Shown piece by piece: positions 26,506-32,000 of a stretch of DNA of 32,000 nt. Both the position numbers and the translations under genes were made by a program. Under the pieces are notes generated by a model. That model saw only the letters and a list, made by a program, of their open reading frames with translations. It made no database searches and was not told the DNA's origin. The stretch covers positions 510,001-542,000 of the forward strand of contig NC_018655.1 in assembly GCF_000299365.1 (NCBI RefSeq), given 5' to 3'. How positions within the stretch are numbered: position 1 is the first letter of the stretch; every line of letters starts with the position of its first letter. Source of the DNA: Candidatus Nitrosopumilus koreensis AR1. Its GTDB lineage: Archaea; Thermoproteota; Nitrososphaeria; Nitrososphaerales; Nitrosopumilaceae.

Positions 26506-29500
26506 ATGAATCTGAATATACCTATAGTCTTTTCCATGTTCTTACTTGTGGGACTAATTGTTCCTGCATATGCTCAAACTGCAGACACTGTTGTAATCAA
26601 TGAAGTTGACATTAATCCTCCAGGAGATGATTCTAAATCTATTTCTGAATGGGTGGAACTTTACAATCCAACTGATTCTGAAATTGATTTGAGTGGATGG
26701 AAGATTGCATCCACCACTGTTCTAAAGAAAACCATGACCATTGGGTCTGGAACAACAATTAAACCTGGACAGTTTTTAACATTCTCTTACCAAAGTGTTT
26801 GGTTTACTGACATCAATGAATCCGTTGAACTACGAGATGAAAATGGAGTTGTAATAGACAAGACTCCTATTTTGTCTGATATAAAAAATGATTTTACATC
26901 TTGGCAACGAATCTATGATGGTTATGACCTTGATGCTTCTGATGATTGGAAATTTGTAACATCTACCTCTGGTTCTACTAACGGTAAATTAATTGAGACG
27001 CAAAGCGCTGAAGAAATCACAGTAACTGTTTCGTCTACAAAGTCTTCCTATTTGTTTGGAGAAACTGCAGTAATTCAAGGAAAGGTCTCAAAAGAAATAT
27101 TTGTTGAGAAACCATTCTTTCAACCTGCAGCAATTGTTGTAACCATATCTGGCCCAAATTTTGATAGAACTTTGACTTTATATCCTGATTTGAATTTAAA
27201 TTACAAAACAACTCTTAGTCTTCATCAAGTTTTAGGAATTAACGAAGGGAATTATGATGTAAATGTTAGTTATGCTGGTGCTGTTGCAAATACCTCATTT
27301 TCTGTTGGATTTGAAATAATCGAACAACAAGAACAACAAGACGGTTCTCTGAGTTTGACTACTGATAAATCTCAATACATTCCAGGTCAAACGGTTTCAA
27401 TTACCGGTACTGTTACTGATATTATCCAATTTCAAGGAATGAAATTCACTGTCACTGATTCTTCTGGTAATGTTGTGTATAATGGAAACTTGTTTCCAGT
27501 AAATGGTAAATTTGCTACTAAGGTTTTCATATCTACTGTAAATCCTGTTTATGGAACTTATGAAATAATTGGAGAGTATTTTGACAAATCTGCAATCACA
27601 ACATTTGAAGTGGTAAAAGATGTCAAAGAATCAGTTCCTATATCTTTGTGGACTGACAAAGATGTCTATGGGTTAGGTGAAGTAGTCACAATTACTGGAC
27701 GATTAAATGATGTTTGGATTGCATCCCTTGATTTGGAAATAACTCAAACAAAGAGCCTGTCATTAGGTACTGGTAGTCAACTTGGTGGTGGCTCTGTTTT
27801 GAAAATTTTGGATGTTGTTAGGACTGATGGTGATGGAAAATTCCAATACTCGTTTACTATTCCTAATTCCGATACTCGATTAGGTGACTACAAAATCAAA
27901 GTTTCAAAGGATATAGGTTCTGTAACAAAAATAGTAAAAGCAGTAGAGGATCCTGAAAACTTTGTCACAATAACTGATCCATTGATTGTTACAACTAACA
28001 AACAAGTCTATGATTTTACTACTGATAAAGAACTTGTAATTCGTGGACAAATCAAAAAAGTTGTTGAACGAACAAGTCTTGAAACACCCGTTGTGTCAAT
28101 TTCATTTAAAACTGAAGATGGAAAACCCCTTTCAATAATAGGTGTTCCTTCTAACATTAATCAAGGTGCATCTGGTGGAACTGGTTCTGTAACTGCCAGT
28201 TATGAATTTACAGCAATTCCTGAACCTGGTGGTGTATTCTCGGTCACTGCTGATCTTAGTAGAGGAATATTCTCTGAAGGCACATATGTGATAACTGCAA
28301 AATATTTGGATCTTTTGGCAACAACCTCTTTTGATATTGCCGATGACTTGGCAAGTGGTACAAAACTTTCTCTTGATAAGGAGGTTTATGGTTTAGGTGA
28401 AAAAGTCAATGTAGGTGGAATATTTACAACTGGTGACAGATCTGTTACAATTTCAGTTACTCGGCCTGATGGAACAACGACTACCTCTGGTGCATCCATT
28501 GACAATCAAAGACTCTCCTGGTCTTGGACTACTCCTATTTCTGAACGATATCAAACAATAAAGTCTGATGGACTACGAGATACCGCAAATTCTAATTTTG
28601 GAATATACAAAATCAAAGTATCTGGAGCTACTTTTAGTACTGACTTATTCTTCAAAGTATCTGCAGATCCTGAAAATGACTCTTTGTCAAAAACACCTCT
28701 ATTTGTAACAACTGACAAATCCCTCTATCAGGCAGGAGATAAACTCAAAGTTGTTGGAAATGTAATTGTTCGTGAACAGGGTGATGAAGGATTGGTTGTT
28801 CCAGAACGTGTGACAATCAAAGTTTTAGATGGAACTTTCCCATACAAACAAATCCATGAGTCATCTGTATATCCAAAACAAGGTGGTGAATTCTCAAGTT
28901 TGTTTGAATTGCCTCCCACTATCTTTAGTGAGGGACTTTATTCAGTAAAAGCCATTTATTCTAACATTCAAACAACTACTTCATTTAGTGTTGCTAATGA
29001 TTATGCTTTTGGTATTGATGCACCTGTATCTTTGTTAGTGTCTACTGATAAAACTGAATATTACCCTGGTGAAACTGTAATTATCTCTGGAAAACCAAAC
29101 AAATTGATTTATCTTGAAGCATATGATGTAAGCATTATCAAAAAATCTGATACAGAAATTACCTGTGGCTCTTTTATTTGTGGAACACATACAGGTGCAG
29201 TTAAATCAATTCGTCCAAGTCCCTCTGGCTCATTTGTTCATGAATTTAAAATTCCTAATAACATTTCTTCTATTGGAAAATATGAAGTGACAATTGATGC
29301 TGACTTTGAAACAAAACACATTCTATTTAATGTGGTTGAAGAGCCTCCTGCACCAAAATTAGATACAGTAATTGAAAAAGAAAATAGAATTCCTGATAAA
29401 ACAATTTCTGTGTCTACACAAGAGAAAACTATTGATGATGTAACCCTTTTACCACGTGTTGTTTCTGGCTCTTTGCTCACTCCTTTAAGAGATGATGTAT

Positions 29501-29796
29501 CTGATGTTAATCTCAAAGTTTCTTCTGAAAGTGGTGTATGCATAATTGGACCTGACGTTGATTGTCTTGTTAGTGAATCTACTAGAAAACCTGGACAAAT
29601 CTATGATGTAGTTGAGGTTGATGGAATGAGTCTAAATGTTAGATACAGTGGTCCTGATGTGCGCTTGGAAAAATTCAGCATTTTGCCTGAATCTTCTGAA
29701 TCATTCTTACCTGATTCTGATTGGAATGTAGAGGTCATCAAGGATGAACAGGTCTCTAGATTCTATTACAAGGTAACCTACAAGACATTAGAGTAA
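26506..29796 (+). CDS. large exported surface protein: lamin-tail-like domain plus tandem Ig/MG2-like repeats
   Basis: 1096 aa; signal peptide IPIVFSMFLLVGLIVPAYAQ; VVINEVDINPPGDDSKSISEWVELYNPTDSEIDLSGWKI; seven xDKxxYxxGexvxIxGxv repeats. Confidence 0.88.
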   Translation: MNLNIPIVFSMFLLVGLIVPAYAQTADTVVINEVDINPPGDDSKSISEWVELYNPTDSEIDLSGWKIASTTVLKKTMTIGSGTTIKPGQFLTFSYQSVWFTDINESVELRDENGVVIDKTPILSDIKNDFTSWQRIYDGYDLDASDDWKFVTSTSGSTNGKLIETQSAEEITVTVSSTKSSYLFGETAVIQGKVSKEIFVEKPFFQPAAIVVTISGPNFDRTLTLYPDLNLNYKTTLSLHQVLGINEGNYDVNVSYAGAVANTSFSVGFEIIEQQEQQDGSLSLTTDKSQYIPGQTVSITGTVTDIIQFQGMKFTVTDSSGNVVYNGNLFPVNGKFATKVFISTVNPVYGTYEIIGEYFDKSAITTFEVVKDVKESVPISLWTDKDVYGLGEVVTITGRLNDVWIASLDLEITQTKSLSLGTGSQLGGGSVLKILDVVRTDGDGKFQYSFTIPNSDTRLGDYKIKVSKDIGSVTKIVKAVEDPENFVTITDPLIVTTNKQVYDFTTDKELVIRGQIKKVVERTSLETPVVSISFKTEDGKPLSIIGVPSNINQGASGGTGSVTASYEFTAIPEPGGVFSVTADLSRGIFSEGTYVITAKYLDLLATTSFDIADDLASGTKLSLDKEVYGLGEKVNVGGIFTTGDRSVTISVTRPDGTTTTSGASIDNQRLSWSWTTPISERYQTIKSDGLRDTANSNFGIYKIKVSGATFSTDLFFKVSADPENDSLSKTPLFVTTDKSLYQAGDKLKVVGNVIVREQGDEGLVVPERVTIKVLDGTFPYKQIHESSVYPKQGGEFSSLFELPPTIFSEGLYSVKAIYSNIQTTTSFSVANDYAFGIDAPVSLLVSTDKTEYYPGETVIISGKPNKLIYLEAYDVSIIKKSDTEITCGSFICGTHTGAVKSIRPSPSGSFVHEFKIPNNISSIGKYEVTIDADFETKHILFNVVEEPPAPKLDTVIEKENRIPDKTISVSTQEKTIDDVTLLPRVVSGSLLTPLRDDVSDVNLKVSSESGVCIIGPDVDCLVSESTRKPGQIYDVVEVDGMSLNVRYSGPDVRLEKFSILPESSESFLPDSDWNVEVIKDEQVSRFYYKVTYKTLE
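27022..29160 (+). repeat. seven diverged protein-level repeats within the surface protein
   Basis: Motif starts near nt 27022, 27349, 27641, 27990, 28362, 28702, 29032 (spacing ~290-370 nt): STKSSYLFGET, TDKSQYIPGQT, TDKDVYGLGEV, TNKQVYDFTTD, LDKEVYGLGEK, TDKSLYQAGDK, TDKTEYYPGET. Confidence 0.75.
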
Positions 29797-29830
29797 GTTC
29801 AAAATACTCTCTGCTCTAAAACCCTCTGAA

Positions 29831-30322
29831 ATGAAACTCCAAGTTTTGATGTTTTATCAAGATGATCCAAAAAAATGCACTGCTGCAAAAATGGTAAAAT
29901 TTGGTTTGGCTCAAAACATCAAAAAAATTGGTTCCAAGGGGTTGGTCTTGGATCCATTTTCAAAAAACACTTTGATGCCAAAAGACAAATCATTAATCAA
30001 CACAATTGTTGGTGTTGATTGCTCTTGGAATTTGGCAGATCAGGCGTTCTCAAAAAAATTTAATGGTATTAAACGAAAACTTCCTCCATTACTTGCAGGT
30101 AACCCTGTAAATTATGCTAAATTAAATAAACTAACAACAGCTGAAGCTTTGGCTGCATCTTTGTTTATTTTGGGCCAAAAAGATCAAGGGTTGGATTTAC
30201 TTGATAAATTCAAGTGGGGCCATACTTTCTATGAATTGAATCAAAATCTATTAGATGAGTATTCTAAAATAGAAAACGAGGAACAAGTTGAAGTAATTCT
30301 AAAAGATTATGGATTACTGTGA
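29831..30322 (+). CDS. tsr3: 16S/18S rRNA aminocarboxypropyltransferase, Tsr3 family (DUF367)
   Basis: 163 aa; DDPKKCTAAKMVKFGLAQ, LDPFSKNTLMPKD, VGVDCSWN, RKLPPLLAGNPVNYAKLNKLTTAEALAASLFILG. Confidence 0.92.
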   Translation: MKLQVLMFYQDDPKKCTAAKMVKFGLAQNIKKIGSKGLVLDPFSKNTLMPKDKSLINTIVGVDCSWNLADQAFSKKFNGIKRKLPPLLAGNPVNYAKLNKLTTAEALAASLFILGQKDQGLDLLDKFKWGHTFYELNQNLLDEYSKIENEEQVEVILKDYGLL

Positions 30323-32000
30323 CGTTTTTTTATCAAAACAGCAATCCCTGCAACTATGATTATTGGGATTATCCAAATCTCGTATATTGTTTCATTTTCT
30401 AAAAATTCTATGTTCTCTGAAGAAATACTTGGCAATTCTGTTTTGTCTTCAGTTACAACAAAACTTGATTCGTAGAAATCCGGTTTGAGAACTGAATTTG
30501 AAATTGCAAATATTTTGATGTTACCTGTACCTGTAATTAGTTTCTCTGAGTCTTTTGCATCAATTTTGATGTTTGTTTTGTTCGTATCCATTTCTATAGA
30601 TTTTGATGATATCATATTTCCTTGACTGTTTGTCAGAAAGTATAAGATGGAATCTGTATTTTCAGCCTCTACTTCTATTGAAAATTCTTTTCCTCTTTGA
30701 ATCGCATCTTTTAATTTAATTTCTTTAATGTTTGGAAAATCTGAATTTTCAAATTCAGACCAACTTCCAATTTTAAAAGGATATGAATCATCATCAAAAG
30801 CACTTACTGAAATCGTTCTTGATTCTGGAGAATATGATTCTAAATAAAATGGACCGTTACTAATTACGGCATGGTTATTTTCCTCAATCCATTTTATGGA
30901 CGATTCAAATCTTTCTTGGAAATATTTTGATTCTAAATTATTTTCCTCTAATGACACAGGTTTGTAGTTAGAATTTTTGAATTCCTGTAAATAGTTTTTA
31001 ATCAAATTTGCATTATTTGGAATTATCAATGATAGCCAGCTGATGTTTTTACTGGTTGCACCTGATCTGGAAAATGATACTTTGCCATCCAATACTGCTT
31101 TTTCCATTGCTGCAGAGATTTCCCATGGTACTGAACTCCAAATAACTGCCCAGTCTGCTATCTCCCCCTCATCAAAATGCCAATAATTTACGTAAACTTC
31201 AATGGTATCTTCATCAATTTGATTTACTCCTATAATTGTCTGAATACTCTGTGCTGTCCGAGGGGTAAATTCTGTATCGTATGTCTTATCATTTTCGTCT
31301 GTTTGTGTTCCCCACTCTATTGTAAAATACAAAGAATGCAAAATATCATTCATGTCTATTTTTTGACCATTATGCCAGTTTCCAAAACTAAAATCAAAAA
31401 CAACTTTACTTGTTGCCATTGTATTTGGCTTGACGTTTTCCCATTTTTGAGATACTGGATTCCACATTGTTGCTTTTGTGGGCACCACAAGACTGCCTTC
31501 AGGTCCTGCTGTTTCAACTTGCCAGTTTGTTCTAATTGGAAATGTCTCTCCAGTAAATGGGTGTTTGAATGTTCCAGGATCCGATATTGTGCCCCAAATA
31601 TGTCTACTGTAACTATCAGTTAATCCCATAACTGGATTCCATGCGCCTTGATAGATCTGTTTGACTCCTATGACAAGCTCACCATTGTCGCTTTTTGCAT
31701 TAATTGGAGTGAATCTGCTAGGTATTCCTGCTCCAAAATCATTTACAACACCACTGATTTTTTCATTTACTACATATTGATCAATTTTACTTGCCAAAAA
31801 AATTCTCACAGACTCGTTAATTCCTTCTACAACTGCTTCTTGAATTAAATTTGATCTTTCTTCAGATGTGTCAAAATCTCCTGTGTAAATTTTCTGTGTA
31901 ATCTCATCTAATTTGTCATTTTTGTAATTCCAATATGACGGATCATTAAATCCTGGCATATTTGAAAACCATGGAGAATACATCTGTCCTAATCCTACGG
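30307..32000 (-). CDS. ABC transporter substrate-binding protein (oligopeptide/nickel type) with C-terminal TM, partial
   Basis: Frame open to the window edge; HIWGTISDPGTFKHPFTGE, VVFDFSFGNWHNGQKIDMNDILHSLYFTIEW, C-terminal IWIIPIIIVAGIAVLIKKRHSNP. Tail-to-tail 16-bp overlap with tsr3. Confidence 0.8.
   Translation of the reverse strand, partial: VGLGQMYSPWFSNMPGFNDPSYWNYKNDKLDEITQKIYTGDFDTSEERSNLIQEAVVEGINESVRIFLASKIDQYVVNEKISGVVNDFGAGIPSRFTPINAKSDNGELVIGVKQIYQGAWNPVMGLTDSYSRHIWGTISDPGTFKHPFTGETFPIRTNWQVETAGPEGSLVVPTKATMWNPVSQKWENVKPNTMATSKVVFDFSFGNWHNGQKIDMNDILHSLYFTIEWGTQTDENDKTYDTEFTPRTAQSIQTIIGVNQIDEDTIEVYVNYWHFDEGEIADWAVIWSSVPWEISAAMEKAVLDGKVSFSRSGATSKNISWLSLIIPNNANLIKNYLQEFKNSNYKPVSLEENNLESKYFQERFESSIKWIEENNHAVISNGPFYLESYSPESRTISVSAFDDDSYPFKIGSWSEFENSDFPNIKEIKLKDAIQRGKEFSIEVEAENTDSILYFLTNSQGNMISSKSIEMDTNKTNIKIDAKDSEKLITGTGNIKIFAISNSVLKPDFYESSFVVTEDKTELPSISSENIEFLENETIYEIWIIPIIIVAGIAVLIKKRHSNP

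Noticed and set aside
1-32000. CRISPR arrays, IS elements, integrases, defence islands
   Set aside because: No regularly spaced direct repeats, transposase or integrase motifs, or recognised defence domains were seen on either strand.

Overview
AT-rich archaeal chromosome segment. Gene content (class I LysRS, archaeal Elp3, TBP, Tsr3, CofG/CofH, DUF1512, DUF367, Amt/GlnK cluster) points to an ammonia-oxidising thaumarchaeote (Nitrosopumilus-like). Most of the window is ordinary housekeeping and membrane genes. No CRISPR array, transposon, integrase or recognisable defence/toxin island was seen. The best second-look items are: (1) two genes, cofG and a CHASE-domain histidine kinase, each split by a -1 shift exactly at an in-frame canonical slippery heptamer (A AAA AAC; and tandem U UUU UUA / A AAA AAG followed at once by UGA). 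Programmed frameshifting and homopolymer undercalls both remain possible. (2) A P-II-like protein with an extra C-terminal ribbon-helix-helix-like domain, convergent with a glnK/amt pair. (3) Two overlapping, unlisted single-TM microproteins directly downstream of glnK. (4) A long, GC-enriched intergenic hairpin at 22117-22195. (5) A perfect 12-bp palindrome abutting the start of an orphan winged-helix gene. (6) A C/D-box-like sRNA candidate downstream of tRNA-Pro(TGG). I did not find an unambiguous new multi-gene system.
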